From Clostridia bacterium (GTDB lineage Bacteria > Bacillota > Clostridia > Oscillospirales > CAG-272), in NCBI GenBank assembly GCA_017462795.1, contig JAFTQL010000035.1:62360-126359 (forward strand): 64,000 nt of DNA. Reading direction: 5' to 3'. Shown here in pieces: positions 1 to 8,898 of the stretch. Each line of letters starts with the position of its first letter. The stretch's first letter is position 1. The position numbers were made by a program, and so were the translations under genes. The notes under the pieces were generated by a model that ran no database searches, was not told the DNA's origin, and was given only the letters and a program-made list of their open reading frames with translations.

Positions 1-552
1 CTTCTGCATATTCTCAAGCATACCGAGAGGAGCGTTGAGTGTACCGGGCTCGTCATAAAGAAGCTCTATTCCCAGATCCATCTTGACTATGGTAAAGCCC
101 ATATCCATTCTTTTCTTTATGGCATGTCCCATATCCGTTCCCGTGTGCTTACCGTCCACATCGGTGTCACCGTACACGCGTATCTTATCGTGGAACTTAC
201 CGCCAAGCATCTGCCACAGCGGCACTCCCCATGCCTTACCCGCAAGATCCCAGAGGGCGATCTCAATACCCGACACGCCGCCGCCCTGTCGAGACGGACC
301 TCCGAACTGCTTGATACGTCTGAAAAGCTTGTCCACGTTACAAGGATTCTCGCCAACAAGTCTGCTCTTGAGCATGAGCGCGTAGGTGGCGCTGGACGCG
401 TCTCTTACCTCACCGTAGCCCACAAGACCCTGATTTGTATAGATCTTTATAAGGGGGCAATGCTTTGGCGCGCCGTTGATATTGCACACACGGATATCGG
501 TGATCTTCAGCTCGCTTGGAGACGAGCATTTGTTAAAATTGGTGTTTTCCAT
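1..552 (-). CDS. Enolase-superfamily (mandelate racemase / muconate-lactonizing family) sugar-acid dehydratase, 5' part only; gene continues past the window start
   Basis: Not in the ORF track because no stop lies inside the window. Own translation of the minus strand from ATG 552-550 (AAGGAG 6 nt upstream): MENTNFNKCSSPSELKITDIRVCNINGAPKHCPLIKIYTNQGLVGYGEVRD...GIEIALWDLAGKAWGVPLWQMLGGK. Same N-terminal pattern as the complete paralogues at 26420-27580 and 51832-52983. The + strand ORF 124-570 is its antisense shadow. Confidence 0.75.
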   Translation of the reverse strand, partial: MENTNFNKCSSPSELKITDIRVCNINGAPKHCPLIKIYTNQGLVGYGEVRDASSATYALMLKSRLVGENPCNVDKLFRRIKQFGGPSRQGGGVSGIEIALWDLAGKAWGVPLWQMLGGKFHDKIRVYGDTDVDGKHTGTDMGHAIKKRMDMGFTIVKMDLGIELLYDEPGTLNAPLGMLENMQK

Positions 553-580
553 ATTCTTCTCCTTTTTTAATTATTTGCAA

Positions 581-2485
581 TCAGCTGTTTAAGCAGCCTA
601 TGATACGCTCTGCTATTCTTTGCATACCGAGGTCACCTGGGTGAATAGACACGCCGCGGTGCTCGAAAAGTCCTATCGCCATATTGCTCTCGTCCTTTGA
701 CAAATCTCCTATGGGACAGAATGCGTAACCGTTTTTCTCGGATATGGACTTAGTATAGTTATGCATACGCTCACTATACCAGAAGGTGTCGGTAAGCACC
801 ACATTTGCAGCCGAATTGCTTGCAAAATACTTTATTACCTTATCGAGATAAGGCTTGCAATCAACCCGTTCAACGTCGGCACGTTTGATGTTTTCTCCTA
901 TACGGATAATAACTATATCAGCTTCAAAGTCACGAGCGGGGCGGTAATGCTCCTCAAGAAGCTCGTCGCCTTTGAAATATCCCGTCTCCCATGCGCTTCC
1001 CTGCGCTATGCAGTAATCGACCTTTCCGTATTTTTCATCGAGGAAGTCAAGCACACGATGAACGTAGTCATTCTCAACGCAGGACGCTGCCATGCCCCAA
1101 TCGCCATTCCAACCGATATCAGCCTTGGGCGCGTGACGGGTGATGGAGTTTCCGAAGAAAAGCACCCTTTTGCTTCCGCCTCGCTTGACAATACTGACAT
1201 ATTCGTTTACGTTTAACTGATTTTCTGCCGATACGGTATTCTGTTCCGCATAATTATGCTGTGTCATATCTTTACTCCTTAACCATTCAAGCATATTGAG
1301 AGAAAGGAAATTCCAATTCTGAAAGCCGGGGTTATTGACACCCTCCCCTGTCTCCGGATGGTAATATTCGTGCATCTGTCCGCACATCTCGATATCTCTG
1401 CCAAGCAGTGTTATTGTCTTTTCGGCAAGCTCCCTTGCGTCCTCGTCATAGCCGTAGCTTCTCAGTCCATCAAACACCATATAGTTGGATATTCCCCAGA
1501 CAGGTCCCAGCCAGCAGGACGGGTTGCCCGACTTGATGATAGCGTACATCTTTTCCATTTTGGAAAGAGTGCGTACTCCGTAAGGCGCGTTGAAGGTTTT
1601 TGTGTCCCGATAATGCTCCACCATTCTCGCCGCCTGAGCTTCTGTCGCAATTCCCGCCCACATGGGAAGAAAGCATGCCCATACCTCGATCCGCTGGATA
1701 AGCGTATTCCAATGTCTCGGGCAGCCCGAATGGAGCTTTTGCGTGGGGTCTATTGGCAAAAGATTTATATTCACATTGTAGAAGAATCCGTCTCTCTCGT
1801 CCCAGCAATGCTCCTGTATCGCTTTTTTCAGTGCATTCGCCTTTTGAGCGTATAAGCTCTTCTTTTCCTTCATATCGAGCATATCCGCAAGCTCCGCCGT
1901 AGCAAGCAGTTCCTTGTACATCAGACAATTGAGATATATGGACGCCGAACTCTTAGGTGGTCTGTAAAATGTACACGGGTCGTTATCTACTCCTATGGCA
2001 AAATCATCAAGCCAGAAATACAGACCCGATTCATGATAACAATGAGCGTCATACCAGCCGAGATAGCGTTCGATACACTCATATTTATTTCTTATCCATT
2101 CCGCGTCTCCGTCCTGCTGTGACACGAACAGCGCGTGCTGAACAAGGCATGGCTTGTGAATATTCCTCTCTCCCTCGAAGAAGGCGGTCAAGGCGGTCTT
2201 TCGGGGATTTATAAAGATAGGCATTCTGCCCTCATCGTCTACGTACTCAAGAAAGTTCAGGATACTGCCCTTTTCATATTCTTTAAAGCCGTCTTTCTCG
2301 GCAATATCGTGGAGCGCGCTCGCCGTCAGCCACGAATCCCAATCCCAAAGCTCGTCGGGATAGCAGTTGCCGGGGACTATAAACTTATACTTCAACAACC
2401 CATTGGGTTCTCTGAGACATTCACGGTAGTTCTCCCTTACATAATCGGAAATATACTTACCATACTTTTGTATTTTTGAATCCAT
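581..2485 (-). CDS. Cytoplasmic two-domain protein: six-hairpin (alpha/alpha)6 glycosidase-like domain (GH63 / MGH1-like) fused to a C-terminal SGNH/GDSL-type hydrolase domain
   Basis: 634-aa ORF. The N-terminal ~410 aa contain DELWDWDSWLTA and an aromatic/acidic pattern I associate with GH63-like enzymes. The C-terminal ~200 aa have an SGNH block I-like VLFFGNSITRH and a block V-like SIHPGDLGM. No signal peptide. Confidence 0.6.
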   Translation of the reverse strand: MDSKIQKYGKYISDYVRENYRECLREPNGLLKYKFIVPGNCYPDELWDWDSWLTASALHDIAEKDGFKEYEKGSILNFLEYVDDEGRMPIFINPRKTALTAFFEGERNIHKPCLVQHALFVSQQDGDAEWIRNKYECIERYLGWYDAHCYHESGLYFWLDDFAIGVDNDPCTFYRPPKSSASIYLNCLMYKELLATAELADMLDMKEKKSLYAQKANALKKAIQEHCWDERDGFFYNVNINLLPIDPTQKLHSGCPRHWNTLIQRIEVWACFLPMWAGIATEAQAARMVEHYRDTKTFNAPYGVRTLSKMEKMYAIIKSGNPSCWLGPVWGISNYMVFDGLRSYGYDEDARELAEKTITLLGRDIEMCGQMHEYYHPETGEGVNNPGFQNWNFLSLNMLEWLRSKDMTQHNYAEQNTVSAENQLNVNEYVSIVKRGGSKRVLFFGNSITRHAPKADIGWNGDWGMAASCVENDYVHRVLDFLDEKYGKVDYCIAQGSAWETGYFKGDELLEEHYRPARDFEADIVIIRIGENIKRADVERVDCKPYLDKVIKYFASNSAANVVLTDTFWYSERMHNYTKSISEKNGYAFCPIGDLSKDESNMAIGLFEHRGVSIHPGDLGMQRIAERIIGCLNS

Positions 2486-2501
2486 ATTTTGCCCCTCATA
2501 T

Positions 2502-4802
2502 TTAATAAGTCACCGTTGTTCTATCGTTCACTCGGATTTCTTTTCCGCTAACAAAAACGTATATTTCTTTTCCATTCAATGATTCTACAGTAACATTCTT
2601 ATTATCCAAGGTAATTTGTAGCTCACATCCACGCCAACTCAAGCGAACAGCTATATTCCGCCATGCTAAAGGGATATGAGGCTCAATTCTCAAAGTTTCT
2701 TCAAACACGCCTATTCCCGCAAACCCAAACACTGCAGTCTGCCAAATACCTCCGCAGTTTGCTGCGTGTATCCCCTCGTTGCAAAGAGTTGAATGCTCAC
2801 CGAAATCAGTATCAAGAGCACCCTTGAACAATCCGTGCGCTATATCGGTTTCTCCCAACCGCGCGGCAACGGTGGCAAAAGCTGAAAGAGACAGCGAGGA
2901 ATCGTGAATACATTTATCCTCGTAAAAATCGAAATTCTTTCTGATTATATCCGACGGAAATAAATCGGGCATCAGCGAAAAAAGCTGAATAAGGTCAGCC
3001 TGCTTGGACACCATAAGCCCACCTATCTCTCTGAGTGAATAATCTCTGTATATCAAACGGTTTATACCGCTGTTTTTATACTTTGATATATCTATCCGCT
3101 TAAGCGTAAGATAGGTATCGTTTTGAGGGATAAGTCCATCGTCGTTCGCTGTCGGTAAATACAGTCGGGGAAGCTTTTTGCCAATACCGTCCGCAAGATT
3201 TGCAAGCCCAAGTCTTTTGTCGAACGCATTGAAAGCCTCTGTATCTTCCGTCCTGAGTCTATCTATCTCATCAAGCGCCGTTCTGAGATTCCACGCTACT
3301 GCGTAGTTTGTAAACACGTCGTTGTCAACGTATTCCTTGTACTCGTCTGGTCCCGTTACCTGACGTATCTCATAGCGGTCCTTTTGTTCGTTGTATTCAA
3401 GCCTTGACAACCAAAATGCCGCCGTTTCAAACAGTATTTCAAGACCGTACTTCTTCATAAATCCACGGTCTCCCGTTACTTGTCCGTAGGAATATACTCC
3501 GTAAGCTACGTCACATACCACGTGCTGTTCTATATCGCCGCAGGTAACACGCCTTGGCGTATTGTCGGGGGAATAATTTTTGAATTCAGGACTTTGCTCG
3601 TCTCCGCTGACGCTTGCGGATTCCCAGGGATACATTGCCCCCACGTATCCGTATTTCCGAGCCTTTCTCCGTGCACCGTCAAGCGTGCGATATCTATAGA
3701 TACAGAGATTTCTCGCCGCCATTGGATTCGTATAGCTGAAAAACGGCAGATTGAATATCTCGCAGTCCCAAAAAACGTGACCCGCATATCCCATTCCTGT
3801 CAGCCCCTTTGCGGCAATACTCACTCTGTCGTCCTGCCATGGACACATTATCATCATGTGATACATAGCCAAACGGAGCTTAAGATTTTCAGATGCGTCA
3901 TCTGATTCTACAGAGATATCGCAAGTCCGCCAAAGGCTGTCCCACTCCTTTTCCGACTCTAAAAGCAGATATTCAAAATTCTTTTGGCATACGCTATCGG
4001 TTCTTTCTACTATATCCTCATCCCTACCCGTCCAATCTATATCGTTGGCGGTATAATACGTAGCGTACCTGATTATTCTCAGCTCGTCCCCCTTGGAAAG
4101 CTTTATCCGAACGGTGGAGGATACTATTCTTCGTTCTGTTGAATAGCGCTGTATTCCCTCCTGCTCTGCACCGTTTACGTATATCCTCATTTTTGAGCCT
4201 ACTCTGAACTGCGTACCCGCAATGGCTGCTCTTCCACCATACCACAGAAGGTCGTTATCAAGAACCGTCCGTTCCTCCTCAAAGGTATGCTGCGTTCCGT
4301 TTACCGTTATGCGTGCGTTTATAGAGCTTACCAGCTCCAATTCAAAATCACCCTCACTTACTATATCCGTTTCAAACATTGCAAGATTCTTTTGCGCCAT
4401 TGAGACGAATCGGCTATGCTTTACTAAAAGATCGCCTTCCATATCCTTGGGAGAATATCTATACTGATAAGTAAGCAATCCGCTTCTGACATTCAGCGAA
4501 CGTGAATATTCGGACGAATTTTTATGTAACGGAGATATTTTTTCCCCTTCCACAGCAATGGAAAGCGGCGTGACATCGGGAAGAGGGATAAGCTCCTCTT
4601 CCTCATGCGGCTGTTTGTCGTACAGCCCTGCTATTAACGTAAGTCTCGTTTGCTCGGGTATTTCCTCGCAAAACGCGCTTCTCATTCCCAGATATCCGTT
4701 GCCGAGACACATTACCGTCTCATATTTCTTCTGAGTATTTGCGGTGCAGTCACATTCTTCAAGAATGTAGGTGCTTTTTTCTTCGGTTGAACTAATGATC
4801 AT
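2502..4802 (-). CDS. GH65 glycoside phosphorylase (maltose/kojibiose/trehalose phosphorylase family)
   Basis: 766 aa. It has LGNGYLGMR near the N-terminus and a catalytic-acid region VTGPDEYKEYVDNDVFTN. It is immediately followed by a beta-phosphoglucomutase gene, the classic GH65 partner. Confidence 0.85.
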   Translation of the reverse strand: MIISSTEEKSTYILEECDCTANTQKKYETVMCLGNGYLGMRSAFCEEIPEQTRLTLIAGLYDKQPHEEEELIPLPDVTPLSIAVEGEKISPLHKNSSEYSRSLNVRSGLLTYQYRYSPKDMEGDLLVKHSRFVSMAQKNLAMFETDIVSEGDFELELVSSINARITVNGTQHTFEEERTVLDNDLLWYGGRAAIAGTQFRVGSKMRIYVNGAEQEGIQRYSTERRIVSSTVRIKLSKGDELRIIRYATYYTANDIDWTGRDEDIVERTDSVCQKNFEYLLLESEKEWDSLWRTCDISVESDDASENLKLRLAMYHMMIMCPWQDDRVSIAAKGLTGMGYAGHVFWDCEIFNLPFFSYTNPMAARNLCIYRYRTLDGARRKARKYGYVGAMYPWESASVSGDEQSPEFKNYSPDNTPRRVTCGDIEQHVVCDVAYGVYSYGQVTGDRGFMKKYGLEILFETAAFWLSRLEYNEQKDRYEIRQVTGPDEYKEYVDNDVFTNYAVAWNLRTALDEIDRLRTEDTEAFNAFDKRLGLANLADGIGKKLPRLYLPTANDDGLIPQNDTYLTLKRIDISKYKNSGINRLIYRDYSLREIGGLMVSKQADLIQLFSLMPDLFPSDIIRKNFDFYEDKCIHDSSLSLSAFATVAARLGETDIAHGLFKGALDTDFGEHSTLCNEGIHAANCGGIWQTAVFGFAGIGVFEETLRIEPHIPLAWRNIAVRLSWRGCELQITLDNKNVTVESLNGKEIYVFVSGKEIRVNDRTTVTY

Positions 4803-4808
4803 ATTAAA

Positions 4809-5474
4809 TCACTCTCTGCGCATAAAATTTTCAAGCAGCATATCAAGCTTCAATTCTTCTGTGGAGCATAGACAGAGGTCGGGGGTACGTCCCGTTACCG
4901 TAACATTTATTCCTACGGCGTACATTCCCGCCGAAAGTATGCCTTCGATACCTGCCTGTGAATCCTCAATACCTATGCAATTCTCGGGAGCTACGCCAAG
5001 CTGCTCGGCGCAGGTCAGGAATATTTCGGGGTCGGGCTTGGAATTCTTCACCTTGGAAGCATCTGCCACGGTATCAAAATATTTTGTAAGCTCAAGCCTT
5101 TCCAATACCTCGGGAGCATTTCTTGATACTGACGCTACCGCCGTTTTCAATTCCTTTTCTCGAGCCTCTGCTAAAAGCTCGGGTATTCCCGGAAGAACGT
5201 CGTCTTTTGTGAGCGTTTTGATAAGCTCCTTGTAATATTCATTTTTACGAGCTGCGCACTCCTCTTTTTGAGGCTGAGTGTACGCATGGGTTTTTCCGTT
5301 ATTTTTAAGTATTATCTCAAAGGAATCAAGTCTTCCAACTCCCTTAAGCGCTTCATTCTGCTCTCTGTCAAAATCAAGTCCTAATTCATCTGAAAGTCTT
5401 TTCCATGCAAGATAATGAAGCTCGGCTGTGTCCGTCAAAACTCCGTCAAGGTCAAATACAAGCGCTTTAAGCAT
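4809..5474 (-). CDS. pgmB: Beta-phosphoglucomutase (HAD superfamily)
   Basis: 221 aa. HAD motif I FDLDGVLTDTAELHYLAWKRL. It sits next to the GH65 gene, and its start overlaps the stop of 5474-6757. Confidence 0.85.
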   Translation of the reverse strand: MLKALVFDLDGVLTDTAELHYLAWKRLSDELGLDFDREQNEALKGVGRLDSFEIILKNNGKTHAYTQPQKEECAARKNEYYKELIKTLTKDDVLPGIPELLAEAREKELKTAVASVSRNAPEVLERLELTKYFDTVADASKVKNSKPDPEIFLTCAEQLGVAPENCIGIEDSQAGIEGILSAGMYAVGINVTVTGRTPDLCLCSTEELKLDMLLENFMRRE

Positions 5475-6757
5475 TATTTTTCTCCATTTCTTATATCGTC
5501 AATATAATCTTGTATGTTGACCACACTGCCCTCAACACGAGACTTTTCCGCGGCGAAGGTCACGATGTGGTTTTCTATCGAGGTAGAAATATCGGTAATA
5601 GAATTGCCCTCATACGTTCCCGCAAGATACTGACAGAAGGAGCGGATTATCCCTCTGTCTCCGCCTCCGTGTCCTCCGCTTATATGCTCGTCAAGAACGG
5701 CGTCGGCAATGGATATCTCGGTGGTCTCTCTCGTAGCGAAATCAAAGAAGGTAATATGGTCATCTTTCATTTCAGCATTTATTTCACCTTTTGTCCCCAT
5801 GACTCTTATTTTTCTGCCCCCCTTATTGAAGGCGCTCATGGTAAAGGAAACAGTTGCTCCGTCCTCGTATTCAAGGTTTACTACCTGATGGTCTACCACA
5901 TCGTTATCGCACATAAATACGCATTTGCCGTAATTGGTATTCTTGATAGCGTACTCTATATCCTCATCTGCGGGAGCGTGCTTACCGGTGGCTGTGGTGC
6001 GGAAGGGACATTTTTTATCGTTATACACTCTTATTGCGCTATACGGACAATCCTTCTCTGCCTTGCAGCCCTGATAGCAGTATTCTGTTGCTCCCTCGGG
6101 CGCGTTTTCTTTTCTGAAATAGGACAGTGAACCAAAGCTCTGTACTCTCGTACACCGCTCTCCAAGAAGCCACTGAAGTATATCTATATCGTGACAGCTT
6201 TTGGCGAGTATCATGGGTGTACTGCTCTCGGAATTACGCCAATTTCCTCTGACGTAGCTATGGCTTTGGTGTACGTTGCCCACACATTCAACGTGGTCGA
6301 TATTTATTACTTTTCCAAGCTTTCCTTCGTCTATCATTGTCTTAATAAGACGGAAGAACGGCGTATATCTGAGAACGTGGCAGACTATTACGTGCACTCC
6401 CTTCTCATTTGCCGCCTCGGCTATTTGCATACACTCCGCGGGAGTTGGAGCTGCGGGCTTCTCGAGCAAGAGATTGTAGCCCAAAGATATAGCCTTCATT
6501 GCGGGCTCAAAGTGCATTTTGTCCTGTGTGGCGATTATAGCCGCGTCCGCCATCTTGGGAAGCGCGAGAATATCCTCCCAGCTCTCAAAGCAAGCACTAT
6601 CGTCAAGTGAGAACTTTTCCTTTATGTAATTTCTTCTTACGGGATTGGGGTCGGCAACTCCCACAAGCTCAAACCCGGGACACGCTTCATATCCGTAATT
6701 CGCATACGTCGTTCCTCTGTCCCCCGCGCCTATTAAAATGAATTTTATCTTTTTCAT
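5474..6757 (-). CDS. Gfo/Idh/MocA-family NAD(P)-dependent oxidoreductase (paralogue of 47288-48583)
   Basis: 427 aa. N-terminal Rossmann KFILIGAGDRGTTY and the family motif LLLEKPAAPT. It carries a conserved Cys-rich insert YCYQGCKAEKDCPYS plus KCVFMCDND. By eye it aligns end-to-end with 47288-48583 with most positions identical. Confidence 0.8.
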   Translation of the reverse strand: MKKIKFILIGAGDRGTTYANYGYEACPGFELVGVADPNPVRRNYIKEKFSLDDSACFESWEDILALPKMADAAIIATQDKMHFEPAMKAISLGYNLLLEKPAAPTPAECMQIAEAANEKGVHVIVCHVLRYTPFFRLIKTMIDEGKLGKVINIDHVECVGNVHQSHSYVRGNWRNSESSTPMILAKSCHDIDILQWLLGERCTRVQSFGSLSYFRKENAPEGATEYCYQGCKAEKDCPYSAIRVYNDKKCPFRTTATGKHAPADEDIEYAIKNTNYGKCVFMCDNDVVDHQVVNLEYEDGATVSFTMSAFNKGGRKIRVMGTKGEINAEMKDDHITFFDFATRETTEISIADAVLDEHISGGHGGGDRGIIRSFCQYLAGTYEGNSITDISTSIENHIVTFAAEKSRVEGSVVNIQDYIDDIRNGEK

Positions 6758-6770
6758 AGAGCTATCTCCA

Positions 6771-8747
6771 TCAGTTGCTGTTCTTTATCCATACCGTAAA
6801 AACAGAACTCTCGTTCCATTCTTTTCCCGCGCTCGCGCTGTCCACAAGACGCAAGCCGTTATCAAGTCTCAGGGCTATACCCACATCCTTATCCTCAAGC
6901 GTCTCATAAGAAATGTATGTATCCTCATTACCTTCGATAGATACATGGGTATCCATATCCTCACAAGCAAGGATAACGGGTCCTCTTCGAAAAACTACAT
7001 GATTACGTGTCGCGGGGTCTGCCGTTTCCTCCTCGGAAACCATTTCACAGGTTCTCCAAATAATTCTTGAGCGTATTATATCCTTGTGGTATACGGTAGG
7101 ACGAAGCGCCTCTACTCTCATATCAAAGCACAGTTCCACCATGTCGCCATCATTCCACATACGTGTGACAGAAGTCATTCCATTATTCGTGTCTATCTGC
7201 TCACCGTTGACCGTCAACGATGTATTTACGCTCCAGCTCGGAATTCTCAGCGACAGAGTGAATTCCTCGGATCTTTCAAGTGAAAGTATAATGCGAACGC
7301 TATCTCCGAAGGGATAATTTCCTTCCACCTTGAACTGCACAGCCGTACCGCCTTGGGTTACGGTCCTATATGTACCGTCGGCGTAAAGCATTACCGCAAA
7401 GCCGTCCTTCCGACGCATGCATACAAGGTGCGGAGCAATTCCTATACCCGCCGCGCCTATGCAGGCACAACAGCCATAATAGGTTCCGTCTCCAAACAAC
7501 AGCCCTCCGCCTATTCCCCTTCCTCTGCTTCCGCCGAGAAGCGGGGTATAGCTGTCAAAGGGCAGACAGGTGGGAACTATATCAAGCCCCTCAATAAAGA
7601 ATCCCTTGGAGAATGAGCGGTGATTGCATATCCTGTGGGTATTGAATGTTCCGAGATAAGCATTATAAAGAGTCTGCTCAAAGCAATCGGCAAATATTGG
7701 GTCACCCGTAACGAGAAGCATTCTCGCGCACAGCTTCATCCATGTTACGCTGACGCAGGTCTCCTGACCTATTCCCTTGTATACCGTTTGTCTGACCGAC
7801 GCGTGATTGAGAAACTCATGTGCTGTTCCCGCGCTTCCCATGACGGTGATATCCGTCTCCATCAAACGGTAAGCAAACCTGACGGCGGCATTCTTCCATT
7901 TCTCATTTCCCGTCTCCAGCGCATATTCAAGCAAGCCCTCAAAGCAGGACATCATCTCATATGCCTTTGTGTGGGGATATTGGTATGGAGGTATTTTGTC
8001 CTCATACGCCAGCTCAAATATACTGTCCTCGTACTCTCCCACACCATCGTTTACGATATACCCGGAGAAATCGAGATATCTCTTTTCACCCGTAAGTCTG
8101 TACAACAGCACCATGGGCTCAAGAATGGACAGCGAGTTCATAGCTCCGTGTACGGGCTTATCCTCAGCGGCGACAGATGTCATGGTTATTGGCATTTTAC
8201 CCTGAGCCTTCGGTCCTACGCGATCTATGATATAATCGGCATGGCGCTTCATTGCATCTGTCATTTGCGCCTTCAACTCTTCATCCTCGCAAAGAGGATA
8301 GAAGCAAAGCATTCCGAGCAGGATATATTTTCTGCACCACATATCCCATTTTGTAAACTCAACCTCGGTGGAATAGGTGGAAAATCTCCCGTGCGCGTCC
8401 TGCGCCGTAAGAAGATCGCGGACGGTATCCTCAAGCACTCCGTAAAGCTCACGGTCTCGGGTAACACTGAGGACAAATGCCGCTCCCCTCATCATCTTGC
8501 CCCAATACTCGCCTCTCCACTCGCTCTTGTCCGAATCTGAAAACAGCCTGTACTGCTCCACAAGCTTTTTCCACAGACCTCGGTCAAGGAGCTGTTCAGC
8601 AAGGACGAAATCCACAGAGTCCTTCAGTATTCCGTCAAGAAATATATTCTGCGATATGTCCGGAAAGAGATTATTTATTTTGCTTCGTTCAGTCCGGGCG
8701 TGTCTCAAAAAAGGGTTATCTGCTATCATAATTATCCTTTCAAACAA
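6771..8747 (-). CDS. GH127-like (DUF1680 / beta-L-arabinofuranosidase-type) glycosidase
   Basis: 658 aa. GQETCVSVTWMKLCARM matches the E-x-C metal/catalytic motif. The CC pair in YYGCCACIG and EQTLYNAYLG also match the pattern I recall for GH127-type enzymes. No signal peptide. Confidence 0.65.
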   Translation of the reverse strand: MFERIIMIADNPFLRHARTERSKINNLFPDISQNIFLDGILKDSVDFVLAEQLLDRGLWKKLVEQYRLFSDSDKSEWRGEYWGKMMRGAAFVLSVTRDRELYGVLEDTVRDLLTAQDAHGRFSTYSTEVEFTKWDMWCRKYILLGMLCFYPLCEDEELKAQMTDAMKRHADYIIDRVGPKAQGKMPITMTSVAAEDKPVHGAMNSLSILEPMVLLYRLTGEKRYLDFSGYIVNDGVGEYEDSIFELAYEDKIPPYQYPHTKAYEMMSCFEGLLEYALETGNEKWKNAAVRFAYRLMETDITVMGSAGTAHEFLNHASVRQTVYKGIGQETCVSVTWMKLCARMLLVTGDPIFADCFEQTLYNAYLGTFNTHRICNHRSFSKGFFIEGLDIVPTCLPFDSYTPLLGGSRGRGIGGGLLFGDGTYYGCCACIGAAGIGIAPHLVCMRRKDGFAVMLYADGTYRTVTQGGTAVQFKVEGNYPFGDSVRIILSLERSEEFTLSLRIPSWSVNTSLTVNGEQIDTNNGMTSVTRMWNDGDMVELCFDMRVEALRPTVYHKDIIRSRIIWRTCEMVSEEETADPATRNHVVFRRGPVILACEDMDTHVSIEGNEDTYISYETLEDKDVGIALRLDNGLRLVDSASAGKEWNESSVFTVWIKNSN

Positions 8748-8836
8748 TCAGTTTTTAGTATAGTCACGTTACGTCGTACTATCTTGCTTCGGCTAAAGCA
8801 CAGATTCAGCCGAGGCAATATAGTGCGAATAGGCTT

Positions 8837-8876
8837 AAGGGGCTGTCGCATTTTATAAACGCAACAGCCCCTTTTT
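8837..8876. terminator. GC-rich hairpin with T-run, downstream of cassette A
   Basis: GGGGCTGTcGC-attttataaac-GCaACAGCCCC followed by TTTTT on the + strand. It lies 23 nt below the stop of 8899-10836. The T-run is canonical only on the + strand, so its efficiency for the minus-strand operon is uncertain. Confidence 0.45.
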
Positions 8877-8898
8877 CAGTTAAAGGTCAGTGCTGAAT

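Noticed and set aside
124-570. 148-aa + strand ORF at the window start
   Set aside because: The opposite strand encodes a clear enolase-superfamily N-terminus with a strong RBS (1-552). The + ORF is its shadow.
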